Shown: positions 9,892-19,541, counted from the first letter of the stretch. The stretch: 64,000 bases of DNA from an uncultured Gemmatimonadaceae bacterium (GCA_963781585.1 CAWAGQ010000006.1:160001-224000), one strand, 5' to 3'. A program made the numbers and translations. Notes: generated by a model not told the origin, from the sequence alone.

Positions 9892-11070
9892 ATGATCCCG
9901 GTCCGGCGTGTGTTGGTGCCGCTCGCGATGGCGTGGCTGGCGTCGTGCCGCTCCGGCGCGAGCGTGCGCGCCCCCGCGGCGAATCTGCTCGTGGTCGCCG
10001 GCGACTCCACGTTCTGGATCGCCAATGACACGGGTGCGTTCGACGTCCGCCGATCGCCGATCCTGCTGGCACACTACGGCGGCCGCTTCTACGAGATCTA
10101 CGTCACCGATGACGATCGGTCATTCTACGACGCGGTCATCGTCGGGCAGCGCATCTATCGACGCGATCTGATCGGCGGCGATTCGGCCGCGGTGTTCGAG
10201 GATCCGACCCTCGCCGAACTCGCGGCGTCATACGCATCGGCCCATCCTGGCCAGCGGCCGCTGGCGCCGGACGAAGACGGCGCCGACGATCCGATGATGA
10301 GCTCCACGACTGAAACGGACGTCGTGGACGTACTCGGCCCATTCGCGACCTTCGAACAGCGCGCGGACATGGACCTGCCGGACGGCCGCGAGTTGCTCCA
10401 CACGTCGCGCTCCGTGGTCGATCTGCGCTCGTCGCGAGTCATTGCGCTGGGCGACCTGGTCACGGACAGCGTGCGCCGTCGGATCCTGCGCGACGAGCAG
10501 CGCGCGCTCGCCGCGACGTTTGACTCGGTGCGGAAGTCGAGCGATCCGCGAGCGCGCGTGGCGGCCAGGATGCTGCGCGGCTTCATCGAGGATGACTCCA
10601 GCTTCTCGCTCGTCCTGGTCGACACGGGTCCCGCCGTGGCGTTCCTGGTCCCCGGGCAGGGGGAGCGCGCCGGCGGCTACGCCCTCCCGTTGCCGCCCAT
10701 CCGTATTCCGGCCGGAGAGTGGTGGAACGAGGTGCGCGCCACGCTGCCGTCGCACCGGGGGCCCAACGAGGATGCCTGGGCCGGCCCAGTCTACGACGTG
10801 GTGGTGCGCTACGACTCCGCGGCGGACGCCGCGTTGCTCACCTTGCGTGATGCCAGCGGGAAGGAGTTCCTCGCCATGCCCCTCCCCGCTCCGGTGACGC
10901 GCGTGTACCGCCTGGATAGTCTGGCGCGCGACACCTTGACCATCAACGCGCTCAGACGCGCGTTCGATGAGGCCGCACCCGACGCGAGCGATACGACCAG
11001 GACCATCACATCTATCCGCCCCTCCGGTATCATGCCCGTCTCCAACCGGATACGGCGGCGCCCACCCTGA
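9892..11070 (+). CDS. Hypothetical lipoprotein
   Basis: Lipobox-like WLASC after a hydrophobic stretch; GC3-rich codon pattern. Confidence 0.65.
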   Translation: MIPVRRVLVPLAMAWLASCRSGASVRAPAANLLVVAGDSTFWIANDTGAFDVRRSPILLAHYGGRFYEIYVTDDDRSFYDAVIVGQRIYRRDLIGGDSAAVFEDPTLAELAASYASAHPGQRPLAPDEDGADDPMMSSTTETDVVDVLGPFATFEQRADMDLPDGRELLHTSRSVVDLRSSRVIALGDLVTDSVRRRILRDEQRALAATFDSVRKSSDPRARVAARMLRGFIEDDSSFSLVLVDTGPAVAFLVPGQGERAGGYALPLPPIRIPAGEWWNEVRATLPSHRGPNEDAWAGPVYDVVVRYDSAADAALLTLRDASGKEFLAMPLPAPVTRVYRLDSLARDTLTINALRRAFDEAAPDASDTTRTITSIRPSGIMPVSNRIRRRPP

Positions 11071-11132
11071 CCCGTCATTGCTCTTCGAATCGATGCTCGT
11101 CGCCCACCGGTCCCTCATCACCCCCCCGCCAC

Positions 11133-11651
11133 GTGACAGATCAGTCTTCTCGTCCCACTCGAACGGTCAAGCAGTCGCAGCACGAGACCTCCGAAATCAT
11201 GATGCCCCAGCACGCCAACAACCTCGGGCAGGTCTTCGGCGGCGTCGTGCTCGCCATGATGGACCGTGCGGCCGCGGTGGCTGCGATCCGACATTGTCGC
11301 ACCACCTGTGTGACGGCGTCGATTGATCGGGTGGATTTCCGCGAGCCGATCCACGTGGGTGATCTGGTGGTGATGCGTGCCAGCGTGAACTACGTGGGAC
11401 GGACGTCCCTGGAGGTGGGGGTTCGGGTGGAAGCCGAGGATCTCTTCTCGGGCCGCCGTCGCCACACCAACTCGTGCTACCTGACCTTCGTGGCGGTAGA
11501 CAGCAGCGGCCGGCCCGTGCAGGTCCCCGGTCTGGTTCCGGAGTCGGAAGACGAGATCCGCCGCTCTCATGCCGCGGCTGCGCGCCGCCGCCGCCGGCTC
11601 GAGGAGCGGCAGGCCGAGGAACGAACGCTCCGGGGCGGTGGAGGTGGGTAG
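11133..11651 (+). CDS. Acyl-CoA thioesterase (hotdog fold, YciA-like)
   Basis: MMPQHANNLGQVFGG, VTASIDRVDF, VGRTSLEVGV, YLTFVAVD. Confidence 0.92.
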   Translation: MTDQSSRPTRTVKQSQHETSEIMMPQHANNLGQVFGGVVLAMMDRAAAVAAIRHCRTTCVTASIDRVDFREPIHVGDLVVMRASVNYVGRTSLEVGVRVEAEDLFSGRRRHTNSCYLTFVAVDSSGRPVQVPGLVPESEDEIRRSHAAAARRRRRLEERQAEERTLRGGGGG

Positions 11652-11699
11652 GTGATTCCGGGCTTGACCGGGGCGGGCGCGGCACGACAGCCTTCCCCA

Positions 11700-12107
11700 A
11701 TGACCCAGCGATTCACCGTGGACCAGGCCAACCGCACGCTTCCACTCGTGAGGCGCATCGTGCGCGACCTGGTGGACGCCTTCGCGACCTGGCAGGCCAG
11801 GGTGCGCGAGTTCGAGGTGGCCACGGCGCAGAGCCGCGCCGACCGACCGTCACCGCGGGCGGAGGAGCTTCAGCGCGACACCCAGCGTCTGGCGCAGGAG
11901 ATTCAGGGATTCGTGTCGGAGCTGCGCGGCCTGGGCGTCGAGCCCAAGGGTTTCGACATCGGGCTGGTCGATTTCCCGAGTGAGGTGGGCGGCCGCACCG
12001 TGTATCTGTGCTGGAAGCTGGGTGAAGAGTCGGTGCAATACTGGCACGAAGCGGACGCCGGCTACTCCGGCCGACAACCGCTGGAGTCCATCCTGCAGAA
12101 CTCCTGA
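11700..12107 (+). CDS. DUF2203 family protein
   Basis: FTVDQANRTLPLV...GLVDFP...YLCWKLGE...YWHEADAGYSGRQPL. Confidence 0.88.
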   Translation: MTQRFTVDQANRTLPLVRRIVRDLVDAFATWQARVREFEVATAQSRADRPSPRAEELQRDTQRLAQEIQGFVSELRGLGVEPKGFDIGLVDFPSEVGGRTVYLCWKLGEESVQYWHEADAGYSGRQPLESILQNS

Positions 12108-12130
12108 GCCTTCATCGCCTCCAACTCGTT

Positions 12131-12409
12131 ATGCGCCCCTTTCACGGACCGGACGGCACGACGTGGAGTGTGGACGTAAAGGTGCCGAGCTACAGCAGCG
12201 CGATGGTGGTGTTCAGGAATCCCGACAGCGAAACCGCCCGGCGGGACCGGTACGCGTGGTACAACGCGCACACGCCGGAGGCACGCGATCCCCGGGCACG
12301 ACTCACGCCGAAGGCGGTGCTCGAGTCGCTCACCGACATGCAGATCGCCTTGCTCTTCCGGCGGTCGATGCCGATACACGAGGATCGGCCGGGTTACGTG
12401 GTGACGTAG
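12131..12409 (+). CDS. Hypothetical protein (92 aa)
   Basis: ATG start, co-oriented with the upstream cluster, normal codon bias, converges on rnz. Confidence 0.65.
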   Translation: MRPFHGPDGTTWSVDVKVPSYSSAMVVFRNPDSETARRDRYAWYNAHTPEARDPRARLTPKAVLESLTDMQIALLFRRSMPIHEDRPGYVVT

Positions 12410-12412
12410 ATC

Positions 12413-13372
12413 TCAGCCCGGCGCGACGGCGCCGGTTGGCGCCGGCACGGGCTCGTCCTGGTACGCCACGTCGATCTCCAGACCGTCGCGTGCCACGACG
12501 GTGTTGGGAAAGACCTCGCGCGCCTCACGTTCCAGGTCGCTCACATCCCGGGTGTAACGCGCCGACACGTGAGTGAGCACCAGGCGCGTCACGCCGGCGC
12601 GTGCCGCGACCTCGGCCGCTTCGCGGGCAGTGGAGTGTCCCGTCTCGACGGCGCGCTCCTGTTCCTCGTCGCCAAAGGTCGCTTCGTGGACGAGAAGATC
12701 GGCGTCCCGCGCCATCTCGATCGTGGAGGTCGTGGGACGTGTGTCGCCGGTGAGAACCACGCGCCTCCCGTACCGGCGCGGTCCCACCAGGACGCCGGGG
12801 TCGATCACCCGGCCATCGTCGAGGGTGATCGACTCGCCCCGGTGGATCCGTCCCCAGAGCGGCCCCTCGGGGATGCCGAGTTCCCGGGCGAGGTCGGGAT
12901 TGAAACGCCCCCGGCGCTCGGCCTCCACCAGGGAGTAGCCCAGGGAGGGAGGCCCGCGGTGGTCCAACTCATGGGCAATGATCACATACTCCTTTCGGGG
13001 AATTTCGTCAGCGGGGTTCAGTTCCCTAACATCGAGTGGGAACGCGAGCCGATCTGCACCGAACAACTCCGCCCGTCGGAGAATGCGTGCCGCGCCTCGT
13101 GGTCCCCAGGCCCGCAGGGGTTGGGTGCGTCCCTGGAGTGACATCGTCCGGAGCAGACCCACGATTCCGAGAAAGTGGTCCGTGTGAAAGTGGGTGAAGA
13201 AGACGTCGTCGAGGTTGAACGTGATCCCGAAGCGCATCATCTGTCGCTGGGTGCCCTCGCCGCAGTCGAAGAGAAACGTCTCACCTTCGCGCACGAGGGC
13301 GACCGAGGCGACGTTGCGTTCCACGGTGGGGCGTGAAGCAGAAGTGCCGAGGAAGCGGAGGGTGAGCGACAT
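12413..13372 (-). CDS. rnz: Ribonuclease Z
   Basis: FLGTS, FDCGEGTQRQ, THFHTDHFLG (HxHxDH), exosite GIPEGPLWG, GDTRP, HEATF, GHST, LTHVSARY. Confidence 0.95.
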   Translation of the reverse strand: MSLTLRFLGTSASRPTVERNVASVALVREGETFLFDCGEGTQRQMMRFGITFNLDDVFFTHFHTDHFLGIVGLLRTMSLQGRTQPLRAWGPRGAARILRRAELFGADRLAFPLDVRELNPADEIPRKEYVIIAHELDHRGPPSLGYSLVEAERRGRFNPDLARELGIPEGPLWGRIHRGESITLDDGRVIDPGVLVGPRRYGRRVVLTGDTRPTTSTIEMARDADLLVHEATFGDEEQERAVETGHSTAREAAEVAARAGVTRLVLTHVSARYTRDVSDLEREAREVFPNTVVARDGLEIDVAYQDEPVPAPTGAVAPG

Positions 13373-13590
13373 GGGGCGGAATATAGCGGTACCAGTGGGG
13401 AGGCCGAGTCGTTACCGGACGTGATCATGTTCGACAGGCGTGTGTGATCCATGCCGCAGACGTTATGACCGGTGCGGGTGAAGTTGCGGAGCAAGCACTC
13501 ATCAGGCTGTTCGATCCACGTGCGCAATTCGGCGCACGGCACGAAGCGGGCGGCGACGTGTTCACCGTATCCATGGCTGTGGGAGGGCTT

Positions 13591-13977
13591 ATGAGCGGAA
13601 AGAGCAGGCGAGGATTCGCGTCGATGGATCCATCGCGTCAGCGTGCCATCGCCAGCAGAGGGGGCAAGGCAGCGCATGAGAAGGGGACCGCGCATGAGTG
13701 GTCGTCGGACGAGGCGCGGAACGCGGGACGGAAGGGAGGAGAGGTGGTGAGCCGGGACCGCGTACACATGGCCGCTATCGGCCGTGAAGGCGGCGAGGCG
13801 CGGGGCCGGTCTCGTGCCCGGCAGCTGATTGCCGCGAGCAGCAATCTCGATCGGCTCGGCCGTTATGGCGATCGTGAAGCGCCGGTTGCGACGAGTCGCG
13901 AGATGGGCCCGGCCGCTTCCGAGCAGGAGCGCCAGGTTCCCCGGAGGGAGCCTGTCCGCTACGAGCTGGAGCGGTAG
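13591..13977 (+). CDS. KGG-repeat general stress protein
   Basis: RGFASMD...IASRGGKAAHEKGTAHEW..EARNAGRKGG...HMAAIGREGG; SD GGGAGG before ATG 13591. Confidence 0.85.
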   Translation: MSGKSRRGFASMDPSRQRAIASRGGKAAHEKGTAHEWSSDEARNAGRKGGEVVSRDRVHMAAIGREGGEARGRSRARQLIAASSNLDRLGRYGDREAPVATSREMGPAASEQERQVPRREPVRYELER

Positions 13978-13994
13978 GTAGCCGAGGAGTTTCT

Positions 13995-14033
13995 GTTCGG
14001 CCGCCCCGGCCCGCCCGGGGCGGCCGAACCTTT
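13995..14033 (+). terminator. Intrinsic terminator hairpin
   Basis: Perfect 15-bp stem gttcggccgccccgg / ccggggcggccgaac, 5-nt loop, short T run. Confidence 0.7.
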
Positions 14034-14204
14034 CGCACAGCAGTGCTCCCCGGCGGGGTCGTCAATCCGCAGCTGCATTGGACAGGAGTGTGTGCGCGCG
14101 GACCGGTGGGCAGTGCCCATCGAGGTCGAGGAATGCCGCCGGCCCCTGGTCGGCGGCTCTTCTCTTGGCTGAGGGCTTGGCGCCTCGCGGGCACTCGATC
14201 AGTT

Positions 14205-14250
14205 CTCCGGCCCTCCGGCCCTCCCGCCCTCCGGCCCCCGGCCCGCGGAC
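14205..14250. repeat. Short tandem repeat CTCCGGCC x4 plus degenerate units
   Basis: ctccggcc ctccggcc ctcccgcc ctccggcc cccggcc cgcggac. Confidence 0.75.
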
Positions 14251-14308
14251 CTGCCCTCCACGCGCGTCGCGGTACCCGCCGCCATCTGCGAGCAACCCTT
14301 TCGGGGCG

Positions 14309-14334
14309 TGACATAGTCTATCTATGTTAGACAG
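14309..14334 (+). promoter_or_regulatory. Candidate -10 box and palindromic operator of padR-1 (likely leaderless)
   Basis: ACATAG-N5-CTATGT and GTCTA-N7-TAGAC overlap TATGTT (14323-14328), which ends 6 nt before the ATG; no SD. Confidence 0.5.
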
Positions 14335-14667
14335 ATGCCACCACGAGAAGCGATTCCCCCCGGCACCCTGGACATGCTCATCCTGCGCACGCTGGCGCGG
14401 CACGGCGAGCTGCACGGGTTCCAGATCGCCGAGATGATCCAGCGGACGTCGGCGAGCGTGCTGCAGGTGGAGGAGGGATCGCTGTACCCGGCGCTCCAGC
14501 GAATGCTCGTGAAGGGATGGCTCGTTGGCGAGTGGAGGCGCACGCCCGAGAACCGTCGCGCGCGGTACTACGAGGTCACCGCGGCGGGGACGCGGCAACT
14601 GGAGCGTGAGGTCGCATCGTACCGGCGTGTGACTGCCGCGATCGCACGCATCCTGCAGCCCGCCTGA
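14335..14667 (+). CDS. PadR family transcriptional regulator (acidobacterial type)
   Basis: GTLDMLIL...HGFQI...[12 protein letters not shown]...NRRARYY. Confidence 0.92.
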   Translation: MPPREAIPPGTLDMLILRTLARHGELHGFQIAEMIQRTSASVLQVEEGSLYPALQRMLVKGWLVGEWRRTPENRRARYYEVTAAGTRQLEREVASYRRVTAAIARILQPA

Positions 14668-14688
14668 CGGGAAGGGAGAGGAAGCGAC

Positions 14689-17361
14689 GTGACAAGCACC
14701 CTGGGCGATTATCTGCGACGCTTGCGGTTGCTCCTTGGTCGCGATCGTGCGTTGGCGGAGCTGGAGGACGAGATGCGTGTGCATCTCGAGTACCGCGCCG
14801 ACGCGTTTCGCGAGCGGGGCGTGGACGGGCAGGATGCGGCCCTCGCCGCACAAAAGCGCTTCGGCAACCGTACCGTGATCCAGGAGGAGAGCCGCGACGC
14901 GTGGGGGATGCACCTTCCCGAGCAACTGGCCGCGGATCTGCGCCACGCTGTCCGACGCCTCGCACAGCGGCCGGGGTTCGCGCTCGCCGTGATCGGCGTC
15001 CTCGCGCTCGGCATCGGGGCCACCACGGCGATGTTCAGCGCGGTCGACGCCGCAATGCTGCGTCCCCTGCCGTTTCCGCGGCCGGGTGAGCTGGTAACGC
15101 TACCGCACGTGCAGGTGCCGTTTGATCCCGGTACCGACCGGTTTCCGCCGCCTCCGGTACACATCCTCGACGTGCGCGATGCCGCGGGGTTTCGTGACAT
15201 CTTCGCTCATGTTGCCGCATATGCGGTGGGAGGACTGAACCTCACCGATCCCGACCATCCGTCGCGCGTACAGGTGGGAGTGGTAACCGACGACTTCTTC
15301 GCGACGATGGGAGTACCCCCGCTCCTGGGCCGAGGGTTTTCTCACGCCGAGGGGATCCCGAACGGGCCGCTGGCCACCGTGCTCTCGTTTGGGCTCTGGC
15401 AGCGCCAGTTCGGCGGCCGCGCGATCGAGGGTCTGACCGCGCAGCTCAACGGAAAATCGTACGCCGTAGTGGGCGTGATGCCGGAAGGGTTTGCCTTTCC
15501 GGCGGACTGCGATCTCTGGGTTCCGATGACGGTGCCGACGACGTTCGCGACGTTCGAGGCGTTCCGGGGGTTCCTCCCGTCGACGACGATCGCGCGGGTC
15601 GCGCGCGGCCTGACCCGGCCGCAGGCAGACGCGCGTATGCTCGCGCGTTGGCAGCAGTCGCTGGCCGGCGCGACCAGTGAGACGGATCTTCGGGAGTATG
15701 TGGATGAAATGCGCCGGACCGGGGCGGCCCTGCCGTTGCAGCAGACCCTCGTGGGCGATCGGCGCACGGCGTTGCTGGTGTTGCTTGGCGCCACTGCGGT
15801 CCTGCTCCTGATCGCCTGCGCGAACGTAACGAACCTGCTGCTCTCGCATGCGGCAACACGCCGGCGCGAGATCGCAGTGCGCCAGGTGCTGGGGGCGACG
15901 CCGGGCCGGATCGTGCGCCAGCTGCTCGCCGAGAGCGTGACCCTGTCGGTGGCGGCGGCGGCGTTAGGAATCCTGCTGGCCCCTTTGGCCCTGCGAACGA
16001 TGCGGGTCCTCATGCCGGCGCAGCTGGCCGGGGTGGCGACGGCGCATGTGGACGTCCGGGTGCTGACCTTCGCGACCGCGCTCGCGCTGGTGACCGGCGT
16101 CGGGTTCGGCCTCTGGCCGGCTCTGGGCTCCGGCCGGGAGGACCCTGGCGCGACGATCAAGACCGGCGGTGAGCATGGCGCTACACCGCTCGCCGCCGGG
16201 CGCGTGCTCGTGGGCAGCGAAATCGCCCTCACCCTCATGTTGCTGGTGGGGGCCGGATTAATGCTCCGCAGCTTCGAGCATCTGATGGGACTCGACAAGG
16301 GGATGAATCCGGCCCACGTGGCCACGCTGGAGATGTCGATATCCGATCGTGCACAGCCGTGGAGCGAGCGGCTGCAGAAGCTCGACGCCATCATGGAACG
16401 GCTGCGTGCGTTGCCGGGAATCGACGCCGCGGGCATGGTGAACGATCTGCCGCTGCGGGGGGGCGGCGGGATCGCGCTGCGCGTCGCCGAACCGAAGCCG
16501 GTCGGCAAGACCGATTTCGGCGGTGCCCGCCAGCTCGCTGCCGACGCGGGCTACTTTGCCGCGCTCGGCATTTCACTGCTCGCGGGGCGCCTGTTCACCG
16601 ACGTGGACGACTCTCTGGCCCCACCGGTGGCCGTGATCAGCCACTCCATGGCGAAACTGTTCTGGGGCGACGCGGATCCGATCGGCCGCCAGTTCAAGCT
16701 TTCGACGGCATCCGACGCGACAGGGATTACCGTGATCGGTGTCGTGGCCGACGTGCGTGAGGGCTCGCTGGATCGCGACCCCGGCGCCCAGATGTACACG
16801 CCGATCGCGACCTGGGCGCCGCAGAACGTTGCGCTCGTTGCCCGGGGGACGGTGCCATCGCGGGTGCTTCTTTCCCGGCTGACCGAGGCAGTGCGTACGG
16901 TGGATCCGGGCCAGGCGGTCTTCAATGTGCGGATGATGGACGACGTGATCGGCGCATCGGTGGCTTCGCGGCGGGCGAACACGCTGATGATCACGGCGTT
17001 CGCGGTGCTGGCGCTGCTGCTCGCCTCGTTGGGGGTCTATGCGGTGGTCATGTACGGCGTGGCACAGCGTGGCCGCGAGTTCGGAATCCGGGCCGCCCTT
17101 GGCGCGACGAGATCAGGGCTGATGGCCATGGTCGCGCGAGAGATGGCCTCGGTGGCGGTGGTTGGCGTGGCTGTCGGGCTGGGTGGGGCCTGGGCGCTGT
17201 CGCGTGTGCTGTCGTCGCTCGTGTATGGGGTCGATCTGCACGATGCGGCCATCTTCGTGACGGTACCGCTTGCGATCCTGGTGCCGGTGGCGATTGCGAC
17301 CGTGGTTCCGGCGCGGAGGGCGACGGCGGTGAGCCCTTCGGAGGTTCTGCGGTCCGACTGA
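14689..17361 (+). CDS. ADOP-type duplicated ABC permease (2x MacB-PCD/FtsX)
   Basis: LALGIGATTAMFS, LLIACANVTNL, RRREIAVR.LGA, second repeat REFGIRAALGA, C-terminal PARRA. Confidence 0.92.
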   Translation: MTSTLGDYLRRLRLLLGRDRALAELEDEMRVHLEYRADAFRERGVDGQDAALAAQKRFGNRTVIQEESRDAWGMHLPEQLAADLRHAVRRLAQRPGFALAVIGVLALGIGATTAMFSAVDAAMLRPLPFPRPGELVTLPHVQVPFDPGTDRFPPPPVHILDVRDAAGFRDIFAHVAAYAVGGLNLTDPDHPSRVQVGVVTDDFFATMGVPPLLGRGFSHAEGIPNGPLATVLSFGLWQRQFGGRAIEGLTAQLNGKSYAVVGVMPEGFAFPADCDLWVPMTVPTTFATFEAFRGFLPSTTIARVARGLTRPQADARMLARWQQSLAGATSETDLREYVDEMRRTGAALPLQQTLVGDRRTALLVLLGATAVLLLIACANVTNLLLSHAATRRREIAVRQVLGATPGRIVRQLLAESVTLSVAAAALGILLAPLALRTMRVLMPAQLAGVATAHVDVRVLTFATALALVTGVGFGLWPALGSGREDPGATIKTGGEHGATPLAAGRVLVGSEIALTLMLLVGAGLMLRSFEHLMGLDKGMNPAHVATLEMSISDRAQPWSERLQKLDAIMERLRALPGIDAAGMVNDLPLRGGGGIALRVAEPKPVGKTDFGGARQLAADAGYFAALGISLLAGRLFTDVDDSLAPPVAVISHSMAKLFWGDADPIGRQFKLSTASDATGITVIGVVADVREGSLDRDPGAQMYTPIATWAPQNVALVARGTVPSRVLLSRLTEAVRTVDPGQAVFNVRMMDDVIGASVASRRANTLMITAFAVLALLLASLGVYAVVMYGVAQRGREFGIRAALGATRSGLMAMVAREMASVAVVGVAVGLGGAWALSRVLSSLVYGVDLHDAAIFVTVPLAILVPVAIATVVPARRATAVSPSEVLRSD

Positions 17362-17463
17362 GCCGTTCCTTCGTGACCGGTCCGTAACCAAAGTACTGGC
17401 GGCTCGTGATGTTGCGGCGCGAACCTCAAGTCGTCCTGTAGTTCGTAGTGGACGCGATCCGGG

Positions 17464-17491
17464 TTGACTTCTGGGCCCTGGCGGATAGGTT
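17464..17491 (+). promoter_or_regulatory. Candidate sigma70 promoter for tRNA-Ala
   Basis: TTGACT-16-TAGGTT. Confidence 0.4.
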
Positions 17492-17581
17492 ACAAGCCAG
17501 TGCCGGCCCCGCCCCGAGCGGGGTCGAGTCGTTCACCCGGAGTGCGACCGGAGGAACAATGTGGCGCGCTCTCGGTACGTG

Positions 17582-17654
17582 GGGGCTGTAGCTCAGCTGG
17601 GAGAGCGCTGCAATCGCACTGCAGAGGTCAGGGGTTCGACTCCCCTCAGCTCCA
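17582..17654 (+). tRNA. tRNA-Ala (anticodon CGC), CCA not encoded
   Basis: GGGGCTG/CAGCTCC acceptor stem with G3:U70, anticodon arm CTGCA-ATCGCAC-TGCAG, T arm AGGGG-TTCGACT-CCCCT; followed by TCA. Confidence 0.96.
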
Positions 17655-17800
17655 TCAAGAGAGATCAAAGGCCCGACGTCAGAGGCCCGAGGTCATAGGG
17701 TTCTAGAATTGCCTCAGGGTGTTAGCCCGCCGCCGACCGGTAGGACGTAGAGTTCCAATGGCGGCGCGCGTGGCGAACCCTGGGGAACTGCAGAGAGAGG

Positions 17801-17838
17801 CGCTGCTGATCGGGTGATCGGCGGCGTTTTTTGTTTTT
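17801..17838 (+). terminator. Intrinsic terminator
   Basis: cgctgctgatc-gggt-gatcggcggcg (two G-U pairs) followed by TTTTTTGTTTTT. Confidence 0.85.
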
Positions 17839-17965
17839 GCCAGTCGAGTCGCCTGCTCTCGGGCAGGTCTGGACTGCGGGCTCTCGGCTCGGGTCCTCCA
17901 TCCTCTGCTCTCGCGCGTTCTCGATCGAAGGCAGTTGCGGAGGGTCTGGCCCATGGCCTGTGGCC

Positions 17966-19249
17966 TCATCTCCCCACGTCTGCCCGCAGCGCCGCAAAGA
18001 GTCGCGCCAGGTACCGGTTCTCTTCCGCCTCCACGCGCCCGCTGAAATCGCTGAACGCCGAAGCGCCCAAACGCCCGATCCAGCGCATGATCGCGCTCTC
18101 GTTGACGATCAGGTGCAGGGTGCGGAAGCTGAGTGTCTGCGGCGGGATGTCGTCGCGCACCCCCAGGCGGAGTTCGAGGCCGCGGCCCTGAAACGGGCGA
18201 CGCAGCGGTGAGCGAATGAGCTTGTCGACGGCCAGCGGGAAGTGCCACGCCGGTTCGCGGCGGAATCGGAACATCCACGCGCGCAGGTGCTCGCCGCGCT
18301 CGATGGTGAAGTCGCCCACGAGGTCGGTGTAGCCGATGCGGTAGAAGCTGTGCTTGAACGAGATGTCGCTCTCGACGAGCAGGGAATCGGGAAGCGAGCG
18401 CGCAGGGTCAGCGAGGGCGACGAGAGTGCCGGCGCGGGCGCGGAGCCTGACGACCACGTGGCCGTCGCGGCCGGCGAGCTCGAAGTAGTGCGCTCCCTGG
18501 TGGTCGGCGACGGTGAACCGGTAGACGGTCGGGACGGCATACTTGTCGAGATAGGCGGCGAACGCGGGCAGCGTGCCGCGGATACTGTCGGGGCGGATGG
18601 CTATGCCTAACGTGAGCACGGTGGAACCGTCGTCCGCCACGACCGTGCGGAGGGAGTCGATCGCGAACAGGTGCGAGAGGTATCGCGCGGTGCTCGGGAA
18701 CGCGGTCACGGAGGCGGCCTGCGCCTGGTCGCTGGACAGTCCCGAGGCGCCGGTGAACGTGGCGACGATCGCGGCCGCGATGCCGTCGGGGGTCACGTGG
18801 CCGATGGCATGGTCGACAGTCGTTTCCCACTCGTAGTCGTTGTGGCCGAGCGATCGGAGCCGGAGGAAGTGCCGCTGCTCGCTCAGCTCCGTCGGGTAGG
18901 GGGCGTTGGTGCCGTTGGTGAAGCGGTATCGGCCGTTGGCGCGTGTGCCGTGCAGGTACATCACGCGCGAGCTGTCGCCGTTCGAGACGATGGGCCAGAT
19001 GGCGGTGTCGGCGTAGAGGTGCGAGGGTATGAGCGCTTCGCGCGCCATCTCCATTCGGGCGCTATCGAAATGCGGTTCGCGCTCGGCGTCGGTGAAGCGG
19101 AACTGGAATGCGGCGAAGGTGTCGTCGGCGTTGGCGCGCGCCGATGCAGGGTTCGCGCCGAACGCATCGATTGTATCGCGGCAGGCCGACGCGGCGGCGA
19201 GCGCGATGAGGAACGCGAGTGGGATGTAGCGGATGGGCCTGCGGCGCAA
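17966..19249 (-). CDS. Hypothetical lipoprotein
   Basis: Basic N-terminus, hydrophobic core and ASAC lipobox; 427-aa ORF with coding-like codon bias. Confidence 0.7.
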   Translation of the reverse strand: MRRRPIRYIPLAFLIALAAASACRDTIDAFGANPASARANADDTFAAFQFRFTDAEREPHFDSARMEMAREALIPSHLYADTAIWPIVSNGDSSRVMYLHGTRANGRYRFTNGTNAPYPTELSEQRHFLRLRSLGHNDYEWETTVDHAIGHVTPDGIAAAIVATFTGASGLSSDQAQAASVTAFPSTARYLSHLFAIDSLRTVVADDGSTVLTLGIAIRPDSIRGTLPAFAAYLDKYAVPTVYRFTVADHQGAHYFELAGRDGHVVVRLRARAGTLVALADPARSLPDSLLVESDISFKHSFYRIGYTDLVGDFTIERGEHLRAWMFRFRREPAWHFPLAVDKLIRSPLRRPFQGRGLELRLGVRDDIPPQTLSFRTLHLIVNESAIMRWIGRLGASAFSDFSGRVEAEENRYLARLFAALRADVGR

Positions 19250-19367
19250 AGTGCCGGGGAATAGAGGGTTAGGCCGGGTTCCGAGGGGTTGCCGGGTGAG
19301 TCCGGGGGCGGGTATCTTAGCAACCCGGCCGATGCGGATGATAGTTTGTCGCGCGGGCGGGGAGTGA

Positions 19368-19440
19368 TGCCCCTTGGTGTAACTGGCAACACGCCTGACT
19401 CTGGATCAGGAGAGTCCTGGTTCGATCCCAGGAGGGGCAA
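19368..19440 (+). tRNA. tRNA-Gln (anticodon CTG), CCA not encoded
   Basis: TGCCCCT/AGGGGCA acceptor stem, CCTGA-CTCTGGA-TCAGG anticodon arm, CCTGG-TTCGATC-CCAGG T arm. Confidence 0.95.
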
Positions 19441-19536
19441 CTCGACAAAGCGGCAGGCCGGTGGCCTGCCGTTTGTCGTTGCCTCTCTGGTCTCGGAGTC
19501 TCGCGCTGCGCGCTCGCCACGACCCAGGAGGGGCAA
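19427..19536 (+). repeat. 14-bp direct repeat of the tRNA-Gln 3' end (CCCAGGAGGGGCAA)
   Basis: Copies at 19427-19440 and 19523-19536; imperfect inverted copy at about 19478-19490. Confidence 0.85.
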
Positions 19537-19541
19537 TAGCG

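Noticed and set aside
8072..10072. Long antisense or alternative-frame ORFs (e.g. 8072-10072 -, 30269-31705 +, 33153-34445 -, 37020-38324 -, 55151-56815 -)
   Set aside because: These are Arg/Pro/Ala-rich shadows of well-supported genes, expected in high-GC DNA, with no recognisable motifs.
17695..17790. preQ1-I riboswitch or HDV-like/theta ribozyme after tRNA-Ala
   Set aside because: GGTTCTAG lacks the A-rich tail. GCGAA/GCTAA motifs are present, but the P1/P3/P1.1 order required for HDV folds could not be built.
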